In this document: positions 26,613 to 41,264 of the stretch, piece by piece
How positions within the stretch are numbered: the stretch's first letter is position 1
How the letters are laid out: each line of letters starts with the position of its first letter
NCBI GenBank assembly: GCA_015680685.1
Contig: MNCI01000189.1
Coordinates: 164,537 to 228,536 of the forward strand
Origin: Gnetum montanum
Taxonomy: Eukaryota; Plantae; Gnetophyta
DNA length: 64,000 bases
Direction of reading: 5' to 3'
Made by a program: the position numbers and the translations under genes
Notes under the pieces: model-generated
Told to the model about the DNA's origin: nothing
Database searches by the model: none
The model's input: the letters and a program-made list of their open reading frames with translations, nothing else

Positions 26613-29600
26613 GTGTTATTGAAGCCCATTTTGATAGTCGTTGAGCTCATAAGCATCCTATGTTACATGAGTCAACCTATCCCTAGCATGCCTACATAAA
26701 ATATGTGAGTGGACCATTAGGTAGTGTGGTTTTAGCTACTAGCTCAAGAGTTCCTAGAATACCTATTACAGTAGTTCAGTATGGTCATGTAGTCACACTT
26801 GGTGGTGGAGGCTGCTAGCGCTATCACCAAGACGTTACTACCTAAGGCTAACCAGAGCATCCTGAAGTTCATCTCATATGAGTCCACTACTAATGTTGAT
26901 AGGGTAGGCGGATAAAGTAGAGGTCCTAGGAGCACTTGGTAGCTATCCAGGGTATGGCACATAATAGCATTTTCTTGTTATAATAAGAACAACACCCTTT
27001 TTATCATGCTACAAGTGCATACCTTGTTTCAGAACCTACCTATAACCATCTAATGCGTTAGAGGGTAAGTATCTTTATGGCTTCTGTAGTGTTTTTCGCT
27101 ACTTACTCATGTTAAAATACTAAGAACTCATCATTAATGTTAGGTTCAGAGGTGATGAGGAAGGCTTACATAGTGAAGCAAATACTCTAGCCTTCAGCCA
27201 CACTACCCTGGAGATATTCTCATCATGCACAAATGTTCAGGCAATCGTGATCAAGCAGGTGGTGTACAATCTGGAGGCCTACCCCTCCCGATACCTGAAG
27301 GCATACAAGCGATGCAAGATCCATGGTTGGTTGGATAAGGAGTGGGCTATTAGTGAGATTATCACTACGGAGGTGTTTGTAGCACCACCCCCATCTCGCA
27401 CTCCATTTGTTCCATGTGTGTATCTATGTTTTGGCTCATGTGGTTGCTCATGTATGCCTTTTAGTTTGCATCATTTACATGATGCTAACATTGTCTTACT
27501 TTGTGTTGTAGTGGTGGTTCCCTCAGTCAAGATGACAATGATTACCATGGGTTACACAAATGCCACCCTCATCATGAAATATGGCAATGTAGAGGGTGTG
27601 CAACATTGGCTATGCCAAAAAGCACTAAATGCACTAATGGCTCATCTCATGCATGCTAAGTTAATGGACCTATTCTTGGCCCTTAGCCCAAGTATCCCGA
27701 TGGTCAAAATGATCACCATCATCGACTCCTTCAGTAGTGAAATTAGGCAGTTTATCACCCAAGTGTGCAACATGATAGTAGCATTAGACCTCAGCGAGGC
27801 CTTCTTTGCTGATCTCTTTGGCATCCGTGCTAATAGCCTAACCATTGTTGATAAGGCCAGTAGGGAGGTGCACCATAGAGAGAAGATCAAGGACTAGTTG
27901 AAGGCCACTCAATTTTACAAGGGTATACTGATCAAAGATATGCTAGTGCTTGAGGTGCGAGAGCTCTACCCTTTATTCCACGCTCATGCATTTCCAAAGT
28001 TGCTTTTCCAAGAAATGATCCTAGGGGTGAAACCAGCACAAGTAATGAAGGAGATGCTGCTAGAGGGTATGAGGTTTAACTGGGCTACATACATAGGCAC
28101 TGGTCTACATGCAGAGATTTCTAGGCTTTGATTCAATCTATAGGCGAGGTCCCATGTCCATTTCACATTCTTCATAGGATACCTGCAAAGGTTTGTAGAG
28201 CTTTTACTTATGCGAGATGATGGACTATGGGTGGTGCAAGATCATGAGTAGCTATCCAAGCCATGGATCAAGCATATGTTCTCGACCACACGTATGCAAG
28301 ACCCCCCAAAGGAGATCAATGAGTTGTTATCAATAACAACCAACGATCCTGTGGCACTTGCATTACTCATGTGATAATGTAAGTGAGGGTCCTCTAGTTA
28401 GCACTAGGAATGTAAGAAAGGTGGATCGTTGTATAGTAGAGATGGTGGGGCCATTTAAGGCTAAGATCAATAGACCCTATCCTCAAGAGGAAGCTGCCCT
28501 TGAGATCAAAAAGCCAAGCAACAAAAGGATCTATATCAAGCTTCAAAGTTTACATGTAAATGTTGTAGGATAGTACATGTAACTTCTTGGATGCCTTAGT
28601 TATATACATGTATATGTTTTTATTTTGTGCTATACTATTAATTAGCTAATGATGTGCTATGTGTGCTATATGTGTATATGTGTTAATTGCAAAAAAAAAA
28701 AAAGAGAGAGGGCTGCAAGAGTAGCAACCAAGGCAGCAATAGAGGAAGCACCTCCTCAGACTGAGGATGAGGGTTATTTTCATAGTTTGTTCGATGGTAC
28801 GCAACTAGGTGAGCCCCCCATACTCACACCTGAAGGGCTTACTAGATAATCAAATTGTACTTCCATCTGTCTTCCCTTGTTTTATCTGGTATCTTTAGCT
28901 GTTAGGCCATATGTTAATTGCATCATTGTGTTACAACATCATATATTCCCACTAGTGATCCCACATCTACCTACCACATGAAGCCATGGGTAGATATGCC
29001 AAATAAATTCACCTTCATGGAAGCCATCATTGAGGACATGGTGGACCGCTTGTGACAAGAAGACCTAGAGCTTGGTATGTATGCAATGTTTTCATCTTAT
29101 GCTATCTTTCTTACTGCTTAAATGCCTAGTTTTCAACTAAGATTCATCAATTGTTGCATGCCTATAGGTTTGAAGCTACAGTGGGACCCAAGCAAGGTGA
29201 CCAAGGTGGATGCTCTGCTTGACCTCCCCCTGATGTTGATCAAGTGCCTCGTCACATGTATCAGACATCAAACAAGTGTGTGCTTTCATGTGCAAAGGCA
29301 TTGTGGATTTGCAAGCGCTCAAATGAGCACCTATGGAAAAGCATGCATGAGCTGTAGGAGAGGGTGACTAGCTAAGATGAGAAGATCAAGGATCTTCAAT
29401 CCAAATATGACTTCATAGTAGCTAGATCATAGGGGATAGCCCCTAGTGAACCTCTGAGATCAAGTATGCCAGATATTAGATAACTCTAGATGGACTTTCT
29501 CTCCTAGAAGAATCAGGATTGGAATAATTATACCACTCAGGTTTATCAGTGGGAATAGATGCAAAAGAACCATAAGCATACGTAAAAGCAAGAGTGTGAT

Positions 29601-30120
29601 GTGTACCTATAATGGTAGAAGAAGGAGTCTATTGAATGCCATCGCCTTGAGATGTTTCTTGAGGCAACTAGTGGGAAGTAGGCATATGACTTGTTTGTGC
29701 AAAGTATAATCATGAGTGACTCTCCTATGAGATAAATTGTCACCCCCTCCAAAGAGGTCCCTTTTACTACATTTTTCATGGAGCCACCTGCATGTACTAT
29801 TGTGGACAAAGGCAAGACCCTCGTGGGTATTTAGTTTGGCCAGAAGGACTGGATGTAACTTTCTAAAGTTGAGATCCTCCACTACTTAGAGGTTGGCCCT
29901 AGAAAGTCACCCCCAAAACTCATCAACGCAAGGCCCTTTCAGGTTGGTTATTTTTTATGCTTTTCATGTTTTAAGTTAGCTCATATAGTACATGTTTGCT
30001 TACTAATTCCACATTTTTTTAATGGTTGTGGCAAGTACCAGGCGATGCTACAAGCCCCAACAACGTAGTGGAGGAAGAAGAACTTTCACCCCTACCTAGC
30101 ACCACTAGTTAAGCATGATC
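26613..30120 (+). pseudogene. Degenerate homolog of the antisense multi-exon accessory gene in the old Tat element
   Basis: Shared motifs FSCY..NTLF..T.FQN, LM.LFLA..P.IP, FA.LFG...N.L, FNWA.Y...GL..E, KFTFME.I..DM..RL. Donors at 27065 and 29075 match 14975 and 17005 in position and phase. Confidence 0.8.
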
Positions 30121-30825
30121 AGATGTATCCTCCATTGGGCTTTTCACTACATTTTTGCTATCTGATGCTATTCATGCAATGTATTAATATGCATATTACA
30201 TTTGCTAAATGATTATTTACTATGTGTAAAATTTCATGCCTATGTGATAATTTCACTACATTTGCTATGAGTATGAAAATCTAGGCCATTGTGAGCCATG
30301 GGGAGTTTGTTAGTTCAAAGCCTTGACAAGCCCCATGCCAATTTAAGGTAATAGTAGGAGAGTTATTGTTAGTTTTTTGGCCATTTCAAGCCATGTGTTC
30401 CCAGTTAAAGACCATAGCAGGCTAGGGTGGTAGTTTGAGGGCATTCCAAGCCACATCGATGGGGATTAAGGGTAATAGTTTAAGGTTGTTTTGGGCTACA
30501 ACGTTGCTAGTTTAAGGCCATGGCAGGCTAGGTATTGCTATCTCTCTTTTTGTAATTTTGGCTTTTATGATTTTTGTGCATTTTGATGTTTTTTAAAGAG
30601 ATAACTACAAAAGTGTAAACTAACAAGAAAGTGCATCAACAAACAAATGAATGCAAGAACCAAGCAAATAAATGCATAATCTAAGCAATTAAGCTAAATG
30701 CAAATAACATGCTACCATGCTAATCTAATGCAACACAAATGCAACAAAAGTATAAAGTAGGGTACATGGCATGTAGAAGCAAATAATGGGTAGGCACCTA
30801 GCATGTTTTGGACTAAGGGGGTAGC

Positions 30826-32940
30826 TTAGTCATGTAATTGCTTCCTAACACTGTGTGGATTAAGGGGTACATAGGGCTTGGATTGTACTATCCATTATTC
30901 TCCTTAACCCTCACTTACTATTTTAAAGGGTAGCTCTACCCAAAGGCCATCCTTAGGAAAGTCCATGGCTTCTGTTGCTTCTTCAGGTGCATTAGCCTCA
31001 TGCATTTTGTTGTCTACCATAGGCACACCATCAAGAAATTCAACATCTAATCCTTGCTCCATATGAAATTGTTGATGGCCAGAGGAACAACATTATCACC
31101 ATGGATAATAACTTCACCACCTTTGTATAGAAGGTGGATCTCCTAATGAGTTAGAGAGCAGATGGGCCATAACTAGGCTAGCCAAGGCCTACCTAGTATC
31201 AAGTTAAAGACCAACATCTCCTCTATGATGATAAATTTGGCAGTGGTGGGGAATTGCTCCTCTACTATGAAATCTATGATGAACATGCCCCTAACAATGA
31301 CACATGACCCATTGAAGTATTTCAGACACATGGTTTTCATTGGCTTGACCTAGTCTGTGAGGCCTATCTTGTTGACAATGGTGTATGGTATAATTTTTGT
31401 TGCATCTCCATTGTCAATGTGCACCCTACAAATCTTGCATTGCCTAACGCATATGGCAATAAACATTAGAGTTGTTATGACCTCACCCTTCTTAGGATTG
31501 ACCTTAATTACCTCATCACGAAATGCTAGGGACTTGGAACTCAATTCTTGGGGAGTAGGAGGTAACATCACTACATGGATGGAGTTCTCATCAATAAGGA
31601 TGTCCTCTGTGATAGGAATGGAGGTCAACATCCATACCAGTGCTTCATGGTGGGCAGATGTCATCATTATTAGGTCATACAAGCTCAATGTTGTATTTTT
31701 TTCTTTTTCTTGACCACTTGCTTGACTTGGGCCAATGCATCCCTGAAGTCATTTCCATTGGCTATGTTTTTTTTGGCTTTGACTTCCTTCATGCATCCTA
31801 AGAGATGAAATTCTTGTGGAGGTAACTTGGGCTTTGTTGGCTTGGCCTGCGCAAGGGCCTCAATGCTTGGTTGTGATTTGCTGGTTGTGCCCTCCTTAGT
31901 TGTTTTGGCCATGGAGATTGTAGATATAGGGATTGGCTTTAGTAGACTAAGTGCTCTTTGGTCTTAACGTTGCCTAATCATTCTATCTATGAGATGCTCA
32001 TTGCATCTCCTAGGTTGCCACCTAGAGGGTTTGCTGATTTCACCAGTAGGATTGGCCCTTGGATGGGAAGGGACCAATGCATTGGCTACTATTGAGCTTT
32101 GGACAAGTGAAGGGTTAGCACATTGTGGTACCTTGACAATGAAGGGTAGCTAAATATTGTTGTTACGACATGCTATTGGACCCAATGAAACAAGCGAGAT
32201 GTAGGATGCCTAAGTCATTTGGGGCCTAGAGATGGACCCTACATGAACATATGGCTGAGTTGGCATGATTGCTACTAGCAAAGATGGCTAGGTAGGTTGA
32301 GATGATGCCATGAAGGGCAAGTTGAAGGAATTTTTTGCATCATAATGCATGTATTACGTCTGATGGGTTGCCACTATAGGTGTAGATCTAAGCCTAACGG
32401 AGTGGGAAGGTGATGCCAATGTTATGACTGTCTTGGCAAGGATGGATGAACTAAACTGAGGAGGGGCTATACTAGGGATTTCTTGTTGGAAGATGATGGG
32501 AAAGGGGGCCTTGTATTCAAGGAAAACTTTAAACTTGTCTAATTCCTTCTATAAGGCTTCCTCATAATCAATTCCCACATCATGCTTACCTGCTCGAATG
32601 AGCTAGGATAATAGTCGATGGTGGGACTCTCTGAGTGGGATGATGTTGAATGAGGAAGGGATATACCCCATCCATCCTAGTGGATTAGTTCAAAGTCTTG
32701 TTTTACCTCCATGTCAAGGTGATCTATAGGTAACTCTACTTAGACCTTTGCACATATGAAGTTGTATTGCCTATTGCTAAGCACGGCATACTCTAGGTCT
32801 TGGCTACATAGCCTAAGGGATTACCTTGGCCTAGCCATCACAAGATTCATAAGGTTGTCAATCCTAGTCTCTTGTTGGATAAGCAAGACATCAAGTTCAT
32901 TTAAAACTAACACTAGAGGTTGATTCGAGTTCATGGTTGC
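30826..32940 (-). pseudogene. Degenerate, internally deleted gag-protease of the old Tat element
   Basis: SLYDLIM...HIDNGDAT (PR) homologous to the young copy; capsid and knuckle not recognisable. Confidence 0.75.
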
Positions 32941-33342
32941 AAATCAAGTTGTAAAGGGAAACTATGGAGGTTGCTAGCTATAAAACATAGTGGACCAAGC
33001 TGAAACTAACTTTGTTTCAGTTGATACCACTAACTATGCTCTCCACTATAGAAATTTGACTATGCTCTCCACTATGAAGAGCTGACTACACTCTCCACGA
33101 TATAGAGCTAACTACATTTTTTATGCTAGAAATGACTATGCTCCAACTGAGGACAATAGGAACTTAGCAAAATAGTGGAGAGAAGTGTGATTTGGGCTTG
33201 CTATGAGGGGTCCCAAGAGGATCAACTATAGGGTCCCATCTACACCAATGGATCAGTGAACAACTACGATGAAAAGAGCTCACAAAACAACCTCAATAGA
33301 ATTTGAAAAAGGAGGTTAGGTCCTCCTTCTAGCGCTAGAAAC

Positions 33343-34964
33343 TATAAAAATCAAAAACATCAGTGGCTAGAACATCAAGGTCCATTGGTGCACAACCTAA
33401 TCCCAAATCTGGATGAGGACCTACTGGAAGTGGAGATAGGGCACCTTGAATGGTCTTGTTGATCAAATAAGGACTTACCAGATGCAACCAGGGAGTGGGA
33501 TGGTTAGCTACAATGCTGATGTGAGATAAAGTTTAAGTGTGCAAGTGATGTTAATAGTGTTAACAATGTTAGAGAGGTCAAGTGTAGTTAATATTTTCAA
33601 TGAAAATGAAGGTGCCAACAGGCAAAGACTACCATCCAAACATGGTTTTAGGCATAGCTATGTGGTGAAATATGAAAAATGCAAATAAAATGTGAACAAT
33701 GTAAAGAAAAAGAGAGAGAAGAAAAGAACACCACCCCAAATGAGGTTGAGCATAGTTATCACCAAAAGGGATTATAAGTTACATGATGTACAACAAGTGC
33801 AGTGGATAGTGTAGTCATAGTCTTGAGGGTGTCTGGCTATGAATACTAGCATTTCACTAAGATGTTCACATTTGCTGGGTTGGTTGCCATGGTGTACCAT
33901 TGCTTGTAGTGTTCTAGTGGATTGCGATGGGTTGTGGTGGTCTGCAACTTTGCCTCTCTCTAGTTCACAAAAATGCCTTTGGTTTGTCAACTCTTTGATT
34001 TCCAACCCAAATTTTCCAACCCTAAAAATATTTAGAGTGAGGGTATTTATAGGCCTAGGGTTAGTGCAAAATGTGGGATGGCTACCATGTGGTAGAGGGA
34101 ACGATTGGGACTATGCTATCACCCAATTATGCTCTCCACTGAGATAAGTGGTGATGTACTTTACTATGCTCTGTTAAGCTTTGTGAAACTACAAGATTGT
34201 GACTATGCTGCCAACTACACATGTATGTGTCGAGAAGACTGTAAGGTACTTGAAAAATGCAACTTGGAGACTATGCTTCAGTACTATGCTCTCCATGCTC
34301 TTACGTGGGGTCGAGCATAGTTACAATTTTAGGGCCAAATGGGGTATAAAAAAGAAGCATTTTTGCTAACTACACTTGTTGAAGATGAGTTGGAGCTAAG
34401 CTGAGTACCAGTGCTATGTTGTGGAGACTGCTGGAAACTATTCTTGCTAACTACACTTGACTACACTCTAGAATGGAGGAGAGCATAGTCTAACATTTTA
34501 AAAAATTCTGCAAAAATTAGGCCTTCATGTTGACTATGCTCTCCACTGGAAGCTGACTACACTCTAGGAATAGTGGAGAGCATAGTTCTAGTGCTGAGGG
34601 AGTTTGAGAAAAATGAGTTTCCTATAGACTATGCTCCCCATGGAAGGTTGATTGAGCTCTAAATTGGGGGTGATCATAGTCCTGGGACTTGTCGAACTTT
34701 TGAAAACCTACCCTTTTGTTGACTACGCTCTCCACTAGAGGCTAACTATGCTCTAGGGCAGTGAAGAGCATAGTCCTAGCACCTAGAAAAATTTGTAGCA
34801 ATTGGCTTTGTGCTAACACTTAGAAACAATTGCAAAACTGACCTTCATGTTGACTATGCTCTACATGAGAGGTTGACTATGCTCTGGGGTAGTGGAGAGC
34901 ATAGTCTCAGCACTTAGAAAAATTTGTAGTTAGGATGTCATAGTCTGGATTTAGTAGTGTTTCA
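33343..34964 (-). repeat. 5' LTR of the old Tat-type element
   Basis: Colinear with 2033-3687; PBS adjacent; repeated GACTATGCTCTCCAC / GTGGAGAGCATAGTC units. Confidence 0.85.
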
Positions 34965-34969
34965 CTTCT

Positions 34970-37014
34970 CATAGGTCCTCAGGTTGCTAGATACTAGGGA
35001 AACCTTGGTGAGAATATCGACATAGGTAAACCCAAAAGTAAAGAGAGAGTGTGGGTCCAATAGTGCTATGGAGTTAATTGCAAGGAATACAATGCACTTA
35101 CTAAGGCAGAGAGGGTGTACTTCAAAATCATGGCCTACCACCTCAATCCAACAATGAGGCTAAGAAAAATCATGGCCTTCTATGCACATGCATGTGTTTC
35201 TCTAAGCCATAAATTCCCTATTAATCTCCCACAACTCATCTATCTAGAGATTGAGAAGTAGTTCAAAGAGAACAAGCATGGAAGGAAGACACTCCCCTTC
35301 CTGTGCCTCATTTGCAAATTGTGCAAAAGGGGAGGCATATCCTGCTACACTAATGACATCTTTCATCATGCTCTTACTACCTCTTTCGTAGAGATGATGA
35401 ACACTAAGGTGATTGACAAGCTACAAAAAGAGGAGCAGCCACCACCACCACCACCCACCACTCAAGAAACAATGCCAATGGTTTGTGCTACCATTAAGCT
35501 CATGAAAAACCTCCATGAGAAACTCCTGTAGCAACATTAGGCTAGACAGAGTGGTAGTAAACCCTTTGTCTACCAACCAACATTGGGCCATCTCAATGAA
35601 CTAACCAGAACCATTAGCTGATTGGAGGAGACAGTGCCATTATTTTTTATCCAAAGGATGCAATTGCCCACAAGGTCAAATCCTAGTACTCAAGAAGTAA
35701 CGATGTCCCTTCCAAAACAACAAAAATTCCTAGAGATCTCTATGAACATTGCTACTTTCTCAATGTGCTTAGAGGAGAGTGAGGGGCCAACTGTCTTGAT
35801 GATGCAGCACTAAGGGTAGGAAACAACAATAGAGCTAGTGGCTACCAAAGTGGAAAAAGTACTCAACACTTGTATGACTGCCATGCCATATGTTGCTACA
35901 CTTAGGGATGTGTATACATCCATAGGAGCAGCAAGTAGAAGACTTAGCACAGCCCAGCATGAAGAGGTGGTAGATCAATTGGTTGGAATAGGGAAACCAC
36001 TTCTAGAGGCCTTCAACATTCAGGATAACATCACTATAATCCAATTAGCACTATTTGAGGCTAGGGGCAAGCTCATTATTACAATGCCTAACTTGAAGCA
36101 ACTACATCTAAAAATCAATGATTGGTTGCCAAAGTTGTAGAGTTGAGAGCTTGCCTTGTTGATCAAACCATTCTTAGCCAGGTAGTGACAAGAGATGAAG
36201 AAATCCTACAACTTCAAGAAAAATTAAAAGTAACTAAGAACACTAAGGAGACTATGATCTTTGATGCATCCATTTTGGAGGCCTTGGCCTACAACACTGA
36301 GAAGGACTTGTCTGAATTCCACAAGGAGAATGTAGTTCTAACCCAAGATAACTACCACTTGTGAAGTTGAGACTCAAAAGTACCAAATGGTCAAATTTTT
36401 ACAACAACAATAGGAGCAACTTGCCAAGGTGACCATAGATTTGAGGAGGTTGGTGCTAAAAATAGAAATCTCTCAATGGAGGAGTTTCAAGCACTTCACC
36501 AAAAATCTATCATTGAGATTATCACCTAGAAAAATGAGGCCCTAAAGTTTGAATGAGTTAAAAATCACTCTAAGAACCAAGTTGGTCTTCTTGAAGAGGT
36601 TAATGAGAAGAAGATCTAATTGACGAAGGCAAAGAAGAACAAGGCCCTCTAGCAACTCTAACAAGGTGACATGTGGTAGCCCATCTCTAATAAGGTCAAA
36701 ATCCATCTCAAGAAGTTACAAATCGAAGAGATAACTGGGTACATGAAACTATCCAACCTCCAATATGCAAACTTGGCAATGCTAACTATTGAAAGGCCAA
36801 GGTTGGAACTTGAAAAGCAAGTGACTAGCTCTTACCTCTTGTACAAGGTAGAGTTCAAGCACCACAAGGAAACAAAACAAAAGCTAGAAATAGCTAATGC
36901 CAAGCTTAAAGTTCTCATAGCCCACTTCATTGTTCAACGATCAATGGCTAAGAACCTAACTAAGAGAATGAATGATTATTAGCAGCTAAAAAATGCTACC
37001 AAAACATTCAACAT
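34970..37014 (+). pseudogene. Degenerate accessory ORF of an older Athila-like element (plant-transposon-type domain plus coiled coil); its 5' part probably lies at about 1500-2032
   Basis: PINLPQLIYLEI...TLPFLCLICKLCK resembles retrotransposon extra-ORF motifs, followed by a long E/K/L-rich region; lies upstream of a PPT and LTR at 38381. Confidence 0.5.
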
Positions 37015-37885
37015 TGATGAACCATGATTTTTCAAGCTCTGATATTAGACCCACGATATTGGGTACACGATATCACAGCCTGGCTAATGATATCGAATAT
37101 GTGATATCATGGTTCCTATATAAGCCTATAAATACCACATTTGGGCACATAGGAAAGAGTCAGTAAGTTAGTTAGAGTTAGAGTTAGTGTAGAAGTAGAG
37201 TCTTTTTTTCATTTTTTAGTTCATCTCAACTCTTTCCCCAGTGCATGCCTGCAGTGTGATGATTGTAATTGTATGGAATCTTTATTTGAGTGTGACGTAC
37301 TTGGACATGCGCATGCCTAGCAATAAAGATCGAGATTACTTCATCATTGCAACATTCACTTAGTTTTAATTGCTTAACTATTATTTATTGCTTTCTTAAT
37401 TAATATTTCTTTACCCTCATTTACTATCCCTATTATTAAACGTAGAATGAGTACAACTTAATCACGAGCATTTAAGTGTGACTACTTGGTAAGCCAGTAG
37501 CGTACCTAGGAGCACTCAAGTAATATATGCTTGGTAATCCTAGAAGTAGTACATGAGGTCCAAGATGTGTATGAATGATTAAGGATGGATGCTCATCACA
37601 CTTAGGCTAGCTTAGATTCTCTTCTCCCACTCCCTCTTAGCATAAAACAAAGTTATTTTCCATTGCCTCTAGAAGTAGCACTAGTTTAGAAGTCATATCA
37701 TACACCTCACTCTGGACTAACCATATGTGACAAAGAAAATAGTAGTCCAGGTGGGAAGACAATGAACTGTGATCAACATGTAACTATCTAGATACCACAA
37801 CTAGCCCATCTGCAGAGTTTGACTGGATCATGCATGAACGCTCATATTCATATGATTGAGTGTAGGGGTACCTAGCCACTCATCA
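37015..37885 (+). mobile_element. Solo LTR (TGATGA...TCATCA family)
   Basis: Terminal TGATGA/TCATCA; near-TSD AACAT/AGCAT; homologous to 40649-41510. Confidence 0.85.
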
Positions 37886-38380
37886 AGCATCAAACACAAA
37901 CAATTTGCTACATAGTTCATGAATGTTAATGATTTTTTCATAGAAATTCCATGTCCATGGGATGTTCCTATACGGGCTCACATCGACAAGGCTATGTGGA
38001 CCATGTATGATCCCTGGAGTAAGGAGGAAAAGATGAAAGACTTGCTAGATTATTTTCTTCTTCCACTAGCAATAGTAATTGCAATAGGATAGCCACAACT
38101 TCCACAACCTCAACCTCAACCACCACATGCACCAAAGGAAGGGAAAGATCCTTCGACACCTTAGGAACCTCCACCTCCTAGGACCATTTGATTCTCTTCT
38201 TGTCTTCAACCATTTGAAGAATTCCAATTTTCCATTTTTGTAAAGATGTTCAATTTTGTATTCATGAACATCTATTTTTATAAACACTATAAATCTATAA
38301 ACTTTAGCACTTAGCATTAGCTTGCATTACTTAGTCAATCACTAGTTCCAATCACAAGTTTTTAGTCAATCGTGGGGGTA

Positions 38381-39110
38381 TGATGAATCATCATTTGGGT
38401 GCATCAATGAGGTCATGTCAATGCATCCCCATCAACACATATGTGTCAATGCATCCCCATTAATTCATATGTGTCAACGAAGTGTCTATGTCTGCCTATA
38501 TAAATGCATGCACCCACTACATTTATGATATCAGTTAGTTAGTAGATTAACGAAGTTCTTGTAGTTTGCTTTCCCAATAGTTAGAATATTTTCTAAGTGC
38601 CCACAATAGGAGTCAAAAAGTGTATTGATCCTTATTTGAACACTAATATACCTAGACACCTCGATGTAACAACAATAAAGATGAGCTTCTTAATAAATCT
38701 TGCAACATTTGGAATTAGCTAAATATTTACCTTAATGCACTTTACTCTTAATGCAATTTACTTTTATGTACTTAGATAATTAATTACATATGATTCATTA
38801 ATACACATAAGTATGACCATCCCGAACATACATTAACGCTTAGTAATCCTAGTAGTGCTTACACTTGATAACCCAGCAATGTTGTGATGTATTCAGGATG
38901 TGTATGGCTGGTGGGACTAAATACTTATGCTAGGAATTAGCTTAAGACACTAAGTAGTTATTATATTAATTAGCACTTAATCACTTTGTTTTACACTTAG
39001 GATAAAATAGATTAAAAAATAAAATTATACAAATCATGTGCCTTAGTTACACTTAACCATACCATTGTACATCCACAAGTGAAACTAAGAAGACAGCGAT
39101 CAATAAGTAA
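38381..39110 (+). repeat. Truncated 3' LTR of the old Athila-like host element
   Basis: Preceded by PPT GTGGGGGTA; TGATGA start; TATA and AATAAAGAT as in the related LTRs; 3' end missing. Confidence 0.65.
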
Positions 39111-39118
39111 GGTACAAT

Positions 39119-39519
39119 ATGGAAATGGAAATGGAAATACTTAATTATATCCTTGTGAGACCAAAAATGATGTATAGGACAATAACATTTTATAACAAGT
39201 CTTTGATATAATCATGATGGATCTTGAACACCTCATCAAGAAAATGACCTAAAATTGACACCTCCAACCTCAATAAATGTGCTAAAAGTTTTACATGAAT
39301 ACTATATTTAAGTTTAAAATCATTAAAGAAAGGACAATTTAGAAATATATGCTCTTCATCTTCCATTACTACATGTATAAAAAATCTGTAGATGTGTTGT
39401 TCTCTTTGAAGATTAATCCACCTCCCTATTTCAATGAATAGATAGTAAGACCCCACAAAAGCATGTGTGAGTGCCACCTTATTAACATAATATATATTTA
39501 AACATATCCTATAAACCAA
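39119..39519 (-). mobile_element. LINE 3' fragment (ORF2 C-terminal zinc-finger region and simple-repeat tail)
   Basis: IEIGRW...EDEEHIFLNCPFF, followed on the minus strand by (ATTTCC)3 at 39119-39138. Confidence 0.65.
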
Positions 39520-39520
39520 T

Positions 39521-39590
39521 GAGGTCTTAGCCTAGTGGTAAGACTCTTAATTTGAAATCTCCAAGTCATAAGTTTAATTCGAGTGGGCAA
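39521..39590 (+). mobile_element. tRNA-derived SINE-like remnant
   Basis: A-box-like TAGCCTAGTGG and degenerate B-box AGTTTAATTC at tRNA-like spacing. Confidence 0.4.
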
Positions 39591-39954
39591 TGTTGAGTTA
39601 TAAAGTTTTAATTGGACTATATATCTTAGGATGTACCTATATTTCAACTATTTTAGGGTTCCAATAATTCTCCTATTTAAAATACAAGCATAATAAAATA
39701 AATAACAAAGCAAGGATCTTAGGTTCTAGATACCAAGATGTTTATAGAGTTAAAGAACATTATATTTAGGGGAAAAACTTAAGAATTTATCACATGCTAA
39801 CTTTCTAACATTGCATAGCACAACAATATGTTTCTTTATTGATCTTTTAAAGTCTTATGATTGAATGAATTAAACTTCATCAATAGCTATCCCAAGCCTA
39901 GACACAAAAGGAGGAGTTCTTTAGATTTTTCATAGAGGTTAATAATGGAAAAGA

Positions 39955-40008
39955 ACTCATGTAACCAACCCCATTCTGTTGGGACAAGGCTAGGATGATA
40001 ATGATGCT
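39955..40008 (+). mobile_element. RTE-clade LINE/SINE 3' end
   Basis: CCAACCCCA...TGGGACAAGGCT followed by a GATGATAATGATG tail. Confidence 0.45.
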
Positions 40009-40648
40009 ACTTATGATTGAGAAAATAAAATCTTAATGTTTAAGTATCTACCATACATTAATTATACAGTGGAGTTGTAGGAAAAATTAGAGGTAAGAAT
40101 AAATCTAAGTTTGTTCTTGTTATTTTTACACATAATTATCCATAGCCTATATATATATATATATATATATATCTTATTGTTGAGAAAAAACTAATAGAAA
40201 AAAATAAATTATATTCATAGGCATAGAAAATAATAAGTTTGATCATGTTAAACAACCAACCAAATGGCTCACTAAGTGTTAAGGTAAAGGCACAATGGAA
40301 AAAAAACAAAGTTAGCCTTTAAAGAGGGCAGTAGGTGTTATGTTGCTATCCTTGAAAAGCACTGCATAGCATCATCCAAGAGTCCCGAAGTAGCAACAAG
40401 AAAGGATGAACTTAAGGTAGACTATACCTCAAAACTCACAACAATTGCACACACAACATAAGTGCACATAATCCATTAGTCCAAGGTTAGTATCATAGCA
40501 AGTACATCTTATTAAACATATAAGCAACGGGACCAACAAGATACTTGTGCATACATAAATAACCAATCCCTTAAAGAGCTAAGATACATCTCTATTCTAA
40601 CACATATGGCACTAAGACCTACTCCAAAAAGAAATATTATAACCCAAA

Positions 40649-41228
40649 TGATGAGTCATGGTCTATCAAGCATAGTTATCACAGCCACAATATTGTGTAC
40701 GCAATATCGCAGCCTGCATGCGATATCGCATACGCGATATCGTGGTTCCCATGTGAGCCTATAAATAAAAGGTGACACACATGGTTTTGGGCATTAGTTC
40801 TTAGATTTTATTGTAAGTTTTTAAGTTTAAGTTCCTCTCAACCCTTTCCTCCTAGTGCATGCCTGTAGTGTGGTGATTGTAATTGTACGGCATCCTTATT
40901 CGAGTGTGACGTACTTGGACATGCACATGACCAAAAATAAAGATCAAGATTACTTTACCATTGCAGCATCCACTTAGCTTAATTATTTATTTAATTTTTA
41001 TTTATTTAACTATTATTCACTACTTTATTAGTTAATATCTCTTCACCCTTATCTCTTAGTAATGCAAAATGAGTACGACTTAATCACGAGCATTCAAGTG
41101 TGACTACTTGGTAACCCAGTAGCGTACTTAGGCCATGCGCTTGGTAATCCTAGTGGCAGTCATGCATGAGGTCCAAGATGTGTATGGATGATTAAGGAAT
41201 AGATGCTCATCATACTTAAGCTCGCTTA

Positions 41229-41264
<36 letters not shown>

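Larger units (their letters stand above)
2033..34964 (-). mobile_element. Old, degenerate Ty3/gypsy LTR retrotransposon of the Tat group (aRH between RH and INT), interrupted by a younger relative
   Basis: Two related LTRs of about 1.6 kb (2033-3687, 33343-34964). Near-TSD CATCT (2028-2032) / CTTCT (34965-34969). PBS-like motif at 33322-33337 and PPT at 3688-3703. Fragmentary gag, PR, RT (YIDD), RH, aRH and INT on the minus strand. Confidence 0.88.

Noticed and set aside
39521-39590. Functional tRNA gene
   Set aside because: B-box is degenerate and no acceptor stem is evident; treated as a SINE-like remnant.
40300-40640. PPR-like fragment (GLLDDAMQCF) on the minus strand
   Set aside because: One short motif among stops; insufficient support.
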